Origin: Gaiellaceae bacterium
Lineage (GTDB): Bacteria; Actinomycetota; Thermoleophilia; Gaiellales; Gaiellaceae
DNA: 64,000 bases
Direction of reading: 5' to 3'
Assembly (NCBI GenBank): GCA_035556515.1
Contig: DATMEO010000087.1
Location: 902-64,901, forward strand
This document shows positions 18,320-29,179 of the stretch, piece after piece (positions within the stretch are counted from its first letter, which is position 1; each line of letters opens with the position of its first letter). Made by a program: the position numbers and the translations under genes. The notes under the pieces were generated by a model. That model worked only from the letters and a program-made list of their open reading frames with translations. It ran no database searches and was not told the origin of the DNA.

Positions 18320-19837
18320 ATGAAGAAGCGCACGCACGTTGCGCTCGGCCTGGCCGCAGCCGTCCTGATGGTCGCGGCGCCGACGGCGTGGGCGAGTTTC
18401 CCCGGCGAGAACGGCCGGATCGTGTTCCAGAGCAGCCGCACCGGCCCGCTTCCGCCCGAGCTCTACTCCATGAACGAGGACGCAACGGACATCCGGCGCC
18501 TGACGTGGAACGGTGTTTCCGACCAGGTTCCGCGCTTCTCGCCGGACGGCAGCCGGATCGTGTTCGCACGGACGGTGGCTGGGATCGACCAGGACATCTG
18601 GATCATGAACGCCGACGGCTCTGCGGAGCGGCAACTGACGTCGGGGTCGGCCCGGGACGACCAGCCCGTGTTCACGGCGGATGGCGAGCAGATCGTGTTC
18701 CAGCGCGTGGCCAACGCGAGTGCAGGTCCTTGTCCCTGCGAGCTCCGCATCGTCAGCGTCGACGGGCGGGTCGACCGTGTCCTCGACACTGGACCGGGGA
18801 ACGCCGCAAATCCGGATGTCTCGAAGAACGGGAAGGTGGTGTTCGTCGGCGACCGAGACGGCACGCGCAGCATCTACGTGACGAATCTCAAGGGCGGTCC
18901 CGTCAAGCGCGTGACCAAAGGACCGGCCGCATTCGGCGACTTCCGGCCGCGCTGGTCTCCACGCGGTAACGACCTCGTCTTCATGCGCAACGAGCTCGGG
19001 TCGCTCGCGAGCATCGACATCTGGACTGTGCACCAGGACGGCTCCGACCTCCGTCGCCTGACGACGACCGCTCGCGTCGAGGAGTTCCCGCAGTGGTCGC
19101 CGGATGGGACTCGGATCGTGTTCGCGGTGCTGGAACCGGTGGCGCCGTTCGGTGGTCGGCTCCACACAATCGACGCCGGCGACGGAAGCGACGATCAGGT
19201 CCTGCCCCAGGCCGGCGAGATCGTGGACTCGTTCGAGCATGACGGGCTCGATTCCTCAAAGTGGTGGCAGTTCGTGAACGGCACCGGCGCGGGGGTGAGC
19301 GTTACCGGTGGTCGCGCTGAGATCTCGATTGCAGCAGACGCGATGGAGGATCACGCCACCCTGTCCATGGGAGCGACGTTCGGTAGCCAGTGCCGTGCGC
19401 TCGGCGACTTCGAGGCCAGCATTCGTTTCCAGTTGCTCGATTGGCCGTTCTCGAACGGCGTTCATGCGATCTTCGGTGACGCCGGCCTCACGGGCGGGAT
19501 CGCCCGCCGAAGCGAGTCAGGGCTCGAGGACTACCTCGCGTTCTTCAATCCGGTGCCGGCATCCGCGCCGACGAGCGACGCGAGCGGACAACTCCGACTC
19601 GCCCGGGCGGGGTCGATTCTCACAGCCTCATATCGAAGTGGCAATGCATGGATCCCGCTGCTGAGCGGTCCCACGCTCACCGTCCCGGCCTCGGTGAACG
19701 TCAATCTCTACAGCCGAGACGAGATCTTCGGCGACCAGTTCGTGCGCGTGGCGTTCGATGACATCCGGATCGACGCCGGTGCGTTCGAGTGCCCGAACTG
19801 GTGGCGTGACAGTGCGCCAGACTGGGCTGCCGGCTAG
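18320..19837 (+). CDS. secreted TolB-like beta-propeller (PD40/WD40-like repeat) protein with unassigned C-terminal domain
   Basis: RBS GAGGGAGG, ATG 18320, signal peptide ALGLAAAVLMVAAPTAWA. Repeats FSPDGSRIVF, FTADGEQIVF, WSPRGNDLVF, WSPDGTRIVF. The roughly 200-aa C-terminus looks like a jelly-roll/ConA-like domain (guess). Confidence 0.8.
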   Translation: MKKRTHVALGLAAAVLMVAAPTAWASFPGENGRIVFQSSRTGPLPPELYSMNEDATDIRRLTWNGVSDQVPRFSPDGSRIVFARTVAGIDQDIWIMNADGSAERQLTSGSARDDQPVFTADGEQIVFQRVANASAGPCPCELRIVSVDGRVDRVLDTGPGNAANPDVSKNGKVVFVGDRDGTRSIYVTNLKGGPVKRVTKGPAAFGDFRPRWSPRGNDLVFMRNELGSLASIDIWTVHQDGSDLRRLTTTARVEEFPQWSPDGTRIVFAVLEPVAPFGGRLHTIDAGDGSDDQVLPQAGEIVDSFEHDGLDSSKWWQFVNGTGAGVSVTGGRAEISIAADAMEDHATLSMGATFGSQCRALGDFEASIRFQLLDWPFSNGVHAIFGDAGLTGGIARRSESGLEDYLAFFNPVPASAPTSDASGQLRLARAGSILTASYRSGNAWIPLLSGPTLTVPASVNVNLYSRDEIFGDQFVRVAFDDIRIDAGAFECPNWWRDSAPDWAAG

Positions 19838-20481
19838 GAGCTTTCGAGCAGTTCGTCGTCGGGGACCTCGCGCAGCACCCGCGCGGGGTTCCCGACGACG
19901 ATCTTTCGCGGCGGCACGTCCTTCGTCACGACGGCGCCCGCGCCGACGAACGCTTCCTCGCCGATCTCGACGCCAGGGCAGAGGATCGCGCCGCCGCCGA
20001 CGCGGGCGCCGCGCCGGATCGTCGGCCCTTTCAGCAGCGCGAGCCGCTTCTCGGTCCGGCCCATGTAGTTGTCGTTCGTCGTCACGACGCAGGGCGCGAT
20101 GAAGACGTTGTCCTCGAGCGTCGAGTAGGCGGTGATGTATGCCTCGGCCTGGATCTTCGTCAGCGCGCCGACCGTGCTGTCGTTCTCGATGTAGGAGCCG
20201 CGTCCGAGGACGACGTCGTCGCCGACCTCGACGCGCTCACGCACGCACGACTGGTCGCCGAGGATGACGCGCGCGCCGATCGTGGAGCCGGCGAAGACGA
20301 TCGCGCCGGTCGAGACGATCGTGCCGTCGCCGATCGTCGTCGGCGGCAGCGGCTCGCGCTTCGCGGTCGAGCGCGGCGACAGTGTCGGCTGCTTGCCGAC
20401 GACCGCGCCCTCCAGCACCTGCACGCCCTCGCCGAGGACGGTTCCCTCGTACACCGTGGCAGTCGGGTGGATCTCAGCCAC
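19834..20481 (-). CDS. left-handed beta-helix (hexapeptide repeat) N-acetyltransferase, WbpD-like
   Basis: Imperfect hexapeptide repeats throughout (IGDGTIVSTGAIVFAGSTIGARVILG...). GTG 20481 overlaps the upstream gene by 8 nt. Confidence 0.85.
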   Translation of the reverse strand: MAEIHPTATVYEGTVLGEGVQVLEGAVVGKQPTLSPRSTAKREPLPPTTIGDGTIVSTGAIVFAGSTIGARVILGDQSCVRERVEVGDDVVLGRGSYIENDSTVGALTKIQAEAYITAYSTLEDNVFIAPCVVTTNDNYMGRTEKRLALLKGPTIRRGARVGGGAILCPGVEIGEEAFVGAGAVVTKDVPPRKIVVGNPARVLREVPDDELLESS

Positions 20482-21463
20482 GCAGCGACCCAGATTTGAG
20501 AGATGCAGTGAGGCGGTCGAGCGCGCGGACGACGCGTGCCCCGTCCTCGGCGACCGCGCGCCGGTCACCGTCGCCGGCGATCAGGTCGAGGAACGCCTGG
20601 CATTCGAGCCGCAGCGGCTCGGACGTGTCGATCTTGGGGATGTGGATGTCGCCGGTGCGCGTCTGCCACTCGCCGTACCCCGCCGACTGCTTCCACGGTC
20701 CCTTCTCGTAGACCGTCACCTTGCGCTCCAGCTCCATGTCGTCGAAGACGGCCATCTTCTCGTTCCCGACGACCGTCATCTTCCGCATCTTGTGCGGGTC
20801 GAGCCAGGACAGGTGCATGTGGGCGATCTTGCCCGAGGGGAAGCGGAGGTAGCAGAAGACGACGTCCTCGACTCCCTCGTTGAGGAAGTCGCGGCCGCGC
20901 GCCGAGACCTCGGCCGGGTCCTCGCCGATCAGCCAGAGGATCACCGAGAGGTCGTGGACGCCGAGCGACCAGAGCGCGTTCTCGTTCGCGCGCACGATCC
21001 CGAGGTTCTGCCTGTTCGTGTAGACGCAGAGCACGTCGCCCAGCTCGCCCGAGTCGACGAGCTCCTTCAGCTTGCGCACGCCCGGGTGGTAGAGGAGCAG
21101 GTGGCCGGGCATCAGCACGAGATCGCGCTCCGAGGCCAGCGCGACGAGCTCGTCCATCTCCGCGCCCTTCATCGCCGGCGGCTTCTCGACGAGCACGTGC
21201 TTGCCGGCCTCGAGCGCTTGCTTCGCGAGCGCGTAGTGGGTCGGCACGGGTGTCGCGATCACGACCGCGTCGAGCTCCGGGTCGGCGAGCATCTCCTCGA
21301 AATCGGCCGTCACCCGGGCGCGCGGATAGCGCGCGTCGAAGGAGGCTCGAAGCTCTTCGTCGAAGTCGCAGAGCCAGGCGAGGTCGGCGAGGTGATCGAA
21401 GTTGCGAGCCAGGTTCGGCCCCCAGTAGCCGAGGCCCACGAGACCGACGGTGACGCGGCTCAC
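20474..21463 (-). CDS. Gfo/Idh/MocA family oxidoreductase, WbpB-like
   Basis: N-terminal Rossmann VGLVGLGYWGPNLARNF and the EKP motif (VLVEKPPA). GTG 21463 overlaps the upstream stop (GTGA). Confidence 0.85.
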   Translation of the reverse strand: MSRVTVGLVGLGYWGPNLARNFDHLADLAWLCDFDEELRASFDARYPRARVTADFEEMLADPELDAVVIATPVPTHYALAKQALEAGKHVLVEKPPAMKGAEMDELVALASERDLVLMPGHLLLYHPGVRKLKELVDSGELGDVLCVYTNRQNLGIVRANENALWSLGVHDLSVILWLIGEDPAEVSARGRDFLNEGVEDVVFCYLRFPSGKIAHMHLSWLDPHKMRKMTVVGNEKMAVFDDMELERKVTVYEKGPWKQSAGYGEWQTRTGDIHIPKIDTSEPLRLECQAFLDLIAGDGDRRAVAEDGARVVRALDRLTASLKSGSLRG

Positions 21464-22719
21464 AGCTTCCAGACGTTCTCGCTCGTGCGGCCCCGCTCGC
21501 CGGTCGCGTTCCGGAAGTCCACGATCACCGGACCGCTGTCGACGAGCGCCTCGTAGTCGATGCCGCGGTGGTCGGTCACGATCGCGATCGCGTCGAAGTT
21601 GCCCGGCTCGAGCGGCACCGAGCTCAGTCCGTACTCCGGCAGCTCGGCGACGTGCAGGTCGTGGTAGGAGACGTTGGCGCCGCCGGTCTCCAGGAGCTCG
21701 ATCAGCTTCAGCGCCGGGCTCTCGCGCATGTCGCCGATGTTCGGCTTGTACGCGACGCCGAGCACGAGCACCTCCGAGCCCTTCAGCGACTTCTGCTTGC
21801 CGTGGTTCAGCGCCTGCGAGATCAGCGAGCGGCAGTGCCAGGGCATGTTCTCGTTCACCTTGCCCGCCAGCTCGATGAACTCGGTGTAGAAGTCGAACTC
21901 GCGCGCCTTCCAGGTCAGGTAGAACGGGTCGATCGGAATGCAGTGGCCGCCCAGACCGGGGCCGGGCTTGAAGCTCATGAACCCGAATGGCTTCGTGGCG
22001 GCGGCGTCGACGACCTCCCAGAAGTCGATCTTCATCCGCTCGCAGAGCTGCGCCATCTCGTTCACGAGCGCGATGTTGACCGACCGAAAGATGTTCTCGA
22101 GCAGCTTCGTCAGCTCCGCCGACTCGGGCGAGGTGACCCGGTGGACGGTGTCGACGGCGGAGCCGTACAGCTCGGCAGCGCGCTCGGTGCATGCGTCGGT
22201 GATCCCGCCGACGACCTTCGGCACGTTCTTCGTCGTCCAGTCCTCCCGTCCCGGGTCGACCCGCTCGGGTGAGAACGCGAGGTGGAAGTCCTCACCGACC
22301 TTCAGGCCGGTGGCCTCGAGCCGCGGCAGGATCTCCTCGCGCGTCGTGCCCGGGTACGTGGTCGACTCGAGCACGACGAGGTGGCCCTTGCGCAGCCGCT
22401 TCGCGATCTCCTCGGTCGCGCTGTTGACGATCGAGAGGTCCGGCTCGCGCTGCTTCGAGAGCGGGGTCGGCAGCGCGATCAGGATCGCGTCCGCCTCGCG
22501 CAGCTCGTCGTAGTCGGTCGTGGCACGGAGGTCGTGGTCGTCGACGAGGCGCTTGAGCACCTCCGAGGGCACGTCCTCGATGTAGCTTTCGCCGCGGTTC
22601 AGCTGCGCGACGCGGCCGGCGTCGCGGTCGACGAGGAGCACGCTGCGGCCTGCCTCGGCGAACACCTGGGCAAGCGGGACGCCGACGTAGCCGGCTCCGA
22701 CGATGGCGACGTCGGTCAT
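21460..22719 (-). CDS. nucleotide-sugar (UDP-N-acetyl-hexosamine) 6-dehydrogenase, WbpA/WecC-like
   Basis: VAIVGAGYVGVPLA Rossmann fold, catalytic Cys context GLGGHCIPIDP, UDPG/MGDP dehydrogenase layout. ATG 22719. Confidence 0.9.
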   Translation of the reverse strand: MTDVAIVGAGYVGVPLAQVFAEAGRSVLLVDRDAGRVAQLNRGESYIEDVPSEVLKRLVDDHDLRATTDYDELREADAILIALPTPLSKQREPDLSIVNSATEEIAKRLRKGHLVVLESTTYPGTTREEILPRLEATGLKVGEDFHLAFSPERVDPGREDWTTKNVPKVVGGITDACTERAAELYGSAVDTVHRVTSPESAELTKLLENIFRSVNIALVNEMAQLCERMKIDFWEVVDAAATKPFGFMSFKPGPGLGGHCIPIDPFYLTWKAREFDFYTEFIELAGKVNENMPWHCRSLISQALNHGKQKSLKGSEVLVLGVAYKPNIGDMRESPALKLIELLETGGANVSYHDLHVAELPEYGLSSVPLEPGNFDAIAIVTDHRGIDYEALVDSGPVIVDFRNATGERGRTSENVWKL

Positions 22720-22791
22720 CGGCGCGGAATCGTACAGAGGCGGCCCGATCACGCGCCCACCCGTCCTGGGAGGATTGTCGCGAAGCCTGGC

Positions 22792-22797
22792 TACAAT
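22792..22797 (+). promoter_or_regulatory. possible -10 element (TACAAT) for tRNA-Lys
   Basis: TACAAT ends 10 nt upstream of the tRNA 5' end. No convincing -35 element. Confidence 0.25.
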
Positions 22798-22807
22798 CCT
22801 TCGCCGC

Positions 22808-22880
22808 GGGCCGTTAGCTCAGCTGGTAGAGCAGGGGACTCTTAATCCCAAGGTCGTAGGTTCGATCCCTACACGGCCCA
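22808..22880 (+). tRNA. tRNA-Lys (anticodon CTT)
   Basis: Manual cloverleaf, 73 nt. Acceptor GGGCCGT/ACGGCCC, D-arm GCTC-AGCTGGTA-GAGC, anticodon loop CT-CTT-AA, variable loop AGGTC, T-arm GTAGG-TTCGATC-CCTAC, discriminator A. CCA is not encoded. Confidence 0.93.
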
Positions 22881-22894
22881 TCGCGCAACGCTGC

Positions 22895-25774
22895 GTGACC
22901 ATCGCCTTGGCACTCGGAGAGAACCAGGAGCAGGACTCGGGCGGCGACGGCGCCGCGTTCCCGGCGCGGGGCGTGGGGCTCGACGCCGTGCTCGGCAGCA
23001 TCGGGGACGGGATCACGGCCCAGCGCGCAGACGGGTCGCTCGCGTACGCGAACGATGCCGCGGCGCGGCTGCTCGGGCTCGAGTCGGGTGACGAGCTGCT
23101 CGGGCTCTCCGGCGTCGAGCTGATGCAGCGCTTCCTCGTCATCGGCGAGGATCGCGAGTTGCTCCCCGCCGACAAGCTTCCGAACCGACGCGCGATCGCG
23201 TCGGGACGGCCGGAGGAGGGGCTCGTCGGCTACCGGCTGCTCCCGGACGGCGAGGAGCGCTGGTCGTTCGTCCGCTCGACGCCGATCGTCTCCACCGAAG
23301 GCGCCGTCGAGCACGTGATCAACGTCATCCAGGACGTCACGTCCGAGCGGGCGGCCCACGAGCGGGCGCGGCTCGTCGACGAGACCGGCGCCGTCTTCGC
23401 TGCCTCGATCGACATTGAGGCGACCTTCGACGCACTGGCTGAGCTGCTCGTGCCGCGCTTCGCCGACTACTGCATCGTCGACATGGTCGACGACGGTCGG
23501 CTGCGCCAGGTCGCGATCTCGCACCGCACGCCGGAGCGGGAGCAGTTGCTGCGGGAGCTGCGGGAGCGGTACCCGCCGGGCGCGAACCCTGCGCATCCGG
23601 TCTCCGAAGTACTGAGCACCGGCGAGCCGTACCTCGTCGAGGACGCGCGCGTTGAGGCGCTCTCCCACGCCGCCGTCGACGAGGAGCACCTCGCGCTCTA
23701 TCGCCGGCTGGAGGCGATGTCGTACATCGTCGTGCCGCTCGAGGCACGGGGCCGGATGCTCGGCACGATCTCGCTCGGGACCGGTGAGTCCGGACGCCGC
23801 TTCGGCGAGCTCGACCTCGCGCTCGCGATCGAGCTCGCGCGGCGCGCGGCGCTCGCGATCGACAACGCGCTTCTCTTCGGCGCCGCGCAGCAGTCGTACG
23901 CGCAGCTGGACACGTTGCTCGTCTCGGCGCCGGTCGGGATCGGCTTCTGGGACCGCGACCTTCGTTTCGTCCGGGTCAACGACGCGCTCGCCACGATCAA
24001 CGGGATCCCGCCCGAGGAGCACGTCGGCCGCGACCTCGCCGACGTGGTCGGTGAGCTCGGGCCTGTGCTCGTCCCGCTCTACCGGCGCGTGCTCGAGACG
24101 GGCGAACCGGTCGTGCACACCGAGTCGACCGACGACGCGGCCCTGCAGATGGGCGAGCGGCGCCACTGGCTCTCGAGCTACTACCCGGTGCGCACGCCCG
24201 ACGGCGAGGTGATCGGGATCGGCGCGGTGATCATGGAGATCACGGACCGGAAGCGGGCCGACGATCGCCTGCGCCTGCTGGCGGAGGCCGGCGAGCTCTT
24301 CTCGACGTCGCTCGACCAGGACGAGATCGCATCGCGGATCGCGCATGTGGGCGTGCCACGGCTGGCCGACACGTGCAACATCTTCCTCCTCCGCGACGGC
24401 GTGCTCGCCCGGGTCGCGTGCGTCAGTGCCGACCCCGAGGTCCAGCCGCTGCTCGAGTCGCTGCCGACGACGTTCGCGCTCGCAGGCGACTCGGGGCGGA
24501 TCGCCCGCGTCTTCCAGGCGTCCGAGCCGCTCCTGCTGCGCTCCCTTCCCGAGGAGTACCTCGACGAGCTCGAGCGGTTCGGCGCCGACAGGCCCACGTT
24601 CGAGCGGATCGGGACGCGCTCGCTGATGCTGGTTCCGATCGTCGCCCGCGGCCAGACCCTCGGCATCCTCACGCTCGGATCGCGGCTGCCCGAGCGCTTC
24701 GACGAGCACGATCTCGACCTCGCGCAGGAGCTCGCCGGCCGCGCCGGCGTCGCGATGGACAACGCGCGGTTGGTCGAGGAGCTCCGGCGGCGCGCCCAGT
24801 CCGCGCAGGCGCTCGAGTTCGTCGGCGACGGCGTCTTCCTCGTCGGGCGTGACGGCGTCGTCCTGCTCTGGAACCCGGCCGCCGCGCGCATCACCGGCCT
24901 GCCCGAGGAGCGGATCGTCGGTTCGCCCGCGTCTGACGCGCTGCTCGGCTGGCCGCTCGGCCAGGGCGAGCGGCCGCAGACGTTCCCGGTCGACGCGCCT
25001 CACGGGGAGCTGTGGCTGTCGCTGACCGCGGCCGAGTTCCCGCACGGCACCGTCTATGCGTTCCGTGACCTCACCGAGGAGCGTGCGGTCGAGCAGCTGA
25101 AGAGCGACTTCGTCTCGACTGTGTCGCACGAGCTGCGGACGCCGCTCGCCGCGATCTACGGCGCCGCGATGACGCTCCAGCGCAGCGACGTCGAGCTCAA
25201 CGACGTCCAGGAGGCCGGGATGCTCGGGGTGATCTCGGGCGAGTCGGAGCGGCTCGCGCGGATCGTCAACGACATCCTGCTCGCGAGCCGGCTCGACTCC
25301 GGCGCCGCGACCGTCGAGATCAGCCGCACCGACGCGGGAGAGCTTGCCCGCGGCGTCCTCGCGGCCGCCGAGGCGCACCTGCCGGCGGACGTCGAGCTCG
25401 TGCTGAGTGTGCCCGAGCGGGGGCCGCAGGTCGCCGCCGACCCGGACGGGCTGCGGCAGGTGCTCGTCAACCTGGTCGAGAACGCGGTCAAGTACTCGCC
25501 GAACGGTGGGCGTGTCGAGGTCGAGCTGGAGCCGACCGACGGCCGCGTCCGCTTCGCCGTACGCGACCGCGGCCTCGGCATCCCCGCCTCCGAGCACGAG
25601 CGGATCTTCGAGAAGTTCTTCCGGCTCGACCCGAACCTGTCGCGCGGCGTCGGCGGCACCGGGCTCGGGCTCTACATCTCGCGCGAGATCGTGCGCCGGA
25701 TGGGCGGCCGGATCCGTGTCGAATCGGAGCCGGGCCGCGGCTCGACGTTCTCGTTCGAGCTGCCGCTCGCCTAG
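22895..25774 (+). CDS. cytoplasmic multi-sensor histidine kinase (PAS-GAF-PAS-GAF-PAS-HisKA-HATPase)
   Basis: H-box FVSTVSHELRTPLAAIYG; N box LVNLVENAVKYS; G boxes DRGLGIP and GTGLGLYISREIV. No TM helices, and no response regulator in the window. The start is uncertain (GTG 22895, TTG 22907 or later). Confidence 0.9.
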   Translation: MTIALALGENQEQDSGGDGAAFPARGVGLDAVLGSIGDGITAQRADGSLAYANDAAARLLGLESGDELLGLSGVELMQRFLVIGEDRELLPADKLPNRRAIASGRPEEGLVGYRLLPDGEERWSFVRSTPIVSTEGAVEHVINVIQDVTSERAAHERARLVDETGAVFAASIDIEATFDALAELLVPRFADYCIVDMVDDGRLRQVAISHRTPEREQLLRELRERYPPGANPAHPVSEVLSTGEPYLVEDARVEALSHAAVDEEHLALYRRLEAMSYIVVPLEARGRMLGTISLGTGESGRRFGELDLALAIELARRAALAIDNALLFGAAQQSYAQLDTLLVSAPVGIGFWDRDLRFVRVNDALATINGIPPEEHVGRDLADVVGELGPVLVPLYRRVLETGEPVVHTESTDDAALQMGERRHWLSSYYPVRTPDGEVIGIGAVIMEITDRKRADDRLRLLAEAGELFSTSLDQDEIASRIAHVGVPRLADTCNIFLLRDGVLARVACVSADPEVQPLLESLPTTFALAGDSGRIARVFQASEPLLLRSLPEEYLDELERFGADRPTFERIGTRSLMLVPIVARGQTLGILTLGSRLPERFDEHDLDLAQELAGRAGVAMDNARLVEELRRRAQSAQALEFVGDGVFLVGRDGVVLLWNPAAARITGLPEERIVGSPASDALLGWPLGQGERPQTFPVDAPHGELWLSLTAAEFPHGTVYAFRDLTEERAVEQLKSDFVSTVSHELRTPLAAIYGAAMTLQRSDVELNDVQEAGMLGVISGESERLARIVNDILLASRLDSGAATVEISRTDAGELARGVLAAAEAHLPADVELVLSVPERGPQVAADPDGLRQVLVNLVENAVKYSPNGGRVEVELEPTDGRVRFAVRDRGLGIPASEHERIFEKFFRLDPNLSRGVGGTGLGLYISREIVRRMGGRIRVESEPGRGSTFSFELPLA

Positions 25775-25788
25775 CTGCAGAACGAGAA

Positions 25789-25811
25789 GAGGCGGCCTCG
25801 CCGACCGCCTC
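25789..25811 (+). terminator. hairpin GAGGCGG-N9-CCGCCTC after the histidine kinase gene
   Basis: A 7-bp GC stem 15 nt after TAG 25774. No U-tract. Confidence 0.35.
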
Positions 25812-25820
25812 TCAGACTCG

Positions 25821-25888
25821 CCGGGCCGCGAAGCGGCCCCTTCAAGGGGCTGCGCGACCTGGGATCCGCTTTTCGCGGATCCCAGGTC
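25821..25888. repeat. bipartite hairpin repeat, copy 2
   Basis: Sequence CGGGCCGCGAAGCGGCCCCTTCAAGGGGCTGCGCGACCTGGGATCCGCTTTTCGCGGATCCCAGGTC. It has the same 5' module as the copies at 8204 and 54756. Hairpin 2 is a perfect 14-bp stem whose sequence differs outside the ATCCGC/GCGGAT core. Confidence 0.6.
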
Positions 25889-25897
25889 ATGCGACGG

Positions 25898-26119
25898 CTA
25901 ATACCGCGGACCGTCCTCGACGTATGTCGTCCGGCGCCGCTCGCCGGCGAATCCGCCCCACGACGACCAGAAGATCATCGAGAGCACGAGGCCGAGAGCG
26001 CCGACGACCATGAGGATGACGCCGATCGTCTGCAGCTCGAGACCGGAGACCGAGGCGTTCACGGCCCAGGTCAGCATCGCTCCGACTGCGATGAGAAAGA
26101 TGCTGACTCCGAGACCCAT
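25898..26119 (-). CDS. small two-TM membrane protein (DUF6458-like)
   Basis: Strong RBS AGGAGGACAAGA then ATG 26119. Sequence MGLGVSIFLIAVGAMLTWAV...IGVILMVVGALGLVLSMIFW. Confidence 0.6.
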   Translation of the reverse strand: MGLGVSIFLIAVGAMLTWAVNASVSGLELQTIGVILMVVGALGLVLSMIFWSSWGGFAGERRRTTYVEDGPRY

Positions 26120-26231
26120 TCTTGTCCTCCTGTTGGCGGGGGATTGGCGCGATTCGTGTGCCCGGATGTCCGGGTCACCTATCGAACGTTCGAGGCGCCG
26201 GATCGGGTACGGGTTATGTAGGCTCGCCGCG

Positions 26232-27220
26232 GTGCGCAGGGGCTCGATTGTCCGCATCACGATCTACGGCGTCCTCGCGGGAATCCTCGCGTCGCTGGTC
26301 GCCGTCCTCGTCCCCTGGCTGCCCACCTCGGCCTCCGAGGAGATGGACCGGATCGAGTTCACATTCTGGTTCACGACCATCATCTGCATCGCCGTCTTCG
26401 CGGTCGTCGCGGCCGCGATCATGTACTCCGTCCTCAAGTTCCGCGTCCACCCCGAGGACGAGTCGGACGGGCCGCCGATCCACGGGCACACCGGCCTCGA
26501 GATCGTCTGGACGGCGATCCCGGCAGTGCTCGTGACCGCGATCTCGATCGTCAGCGCCGTCGTGCTGGCGCAGAACGACAACGCCGGGCCGAACCCGATC
26601 CGGATCGCGGTGACCGCACAGCAGTTTGCGTGGAAATTCGAATACCCGGGCGAGCCGAGGCTGACCGCCGGCGAGCTCGTCCTGCCAGTGGACAGGCCGG
26701 TCAAGTTGACGCTGCGCTCGCTCGACGTGATCCACTCGTTCTGGGTGCCCGAGTTCGGGCAGAAGTCGGATGCCGTGCCCGGGATCGAGACGACGCTCGT
26801 GATCACCCCGAACCGGACGGGCGAGTTCTCGATCATCTGCACCGAGCTCTGTGGGCTCGGCCACCCGACGATGCGCGCGCCGGTGCGTGTGGTCGATCAG
26901 GCCGCGTACGACGAGTTCCTGGCCGGCTCGGCCGGCTCGGGGGGACAGGACGACTCCGGCGAGGCGGTCTTCGAGACGGCCGGCTGCGGCGGCTGCCATG
27001 CCTTCGCGCCTGCGGGCACCGACGCGCAGGTTGGCCCCGGTCTGGATGCGATCGACCCCGGCGGACAGCCGCTCGAGGACTTCTTGCGCGAGTCGATCGT
27101 CGATCCGAACGCGGTGCTCGCGACCGGCTTCCAGCCTGACGTGATGCCGGCGACCTACGAGAGCTCGCTTAGTGACGAGCAACTCGACGCGCTCGTGCAG
27201 TATCTGGTTGAGGGGCAGCA

Positions 27221-27224
<4 letters not shown>
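26232..27224 (+). CDS. ctaC: cytochrome c oxidase subunit II with fused C-terminal cytochrome c domain (caa3-type)
   Basis: Two N-terminal TM helices. CuA site HSFWVPEFG...CTELCGLGHPTM. C-terminal heme c motif CGGCH. GTG 26232 chosen; the exact start is uncertain. Confidence 0.9.

Positions 27225-29175
<1,951 letters not shown>

Positions 29176-29179
<4 letters not shown>

Noticed and set aside
22719-22900. Genomic island or integration site at tRNA-Lys
   Set aside because: I saw no integrase, no duplicated tRNA 3' segment nearby, and no compositional break on either side.
22814-25597. 927-aa minus-strand ORF antisense to the histidine kinase
   Set aside because: The opposite strand carries complete HisKA/HATPase and PAS/GAF signatures. 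The antisense product is repetitive Arg/Asp/Glu/Leu/Pro with no recognisable fold.
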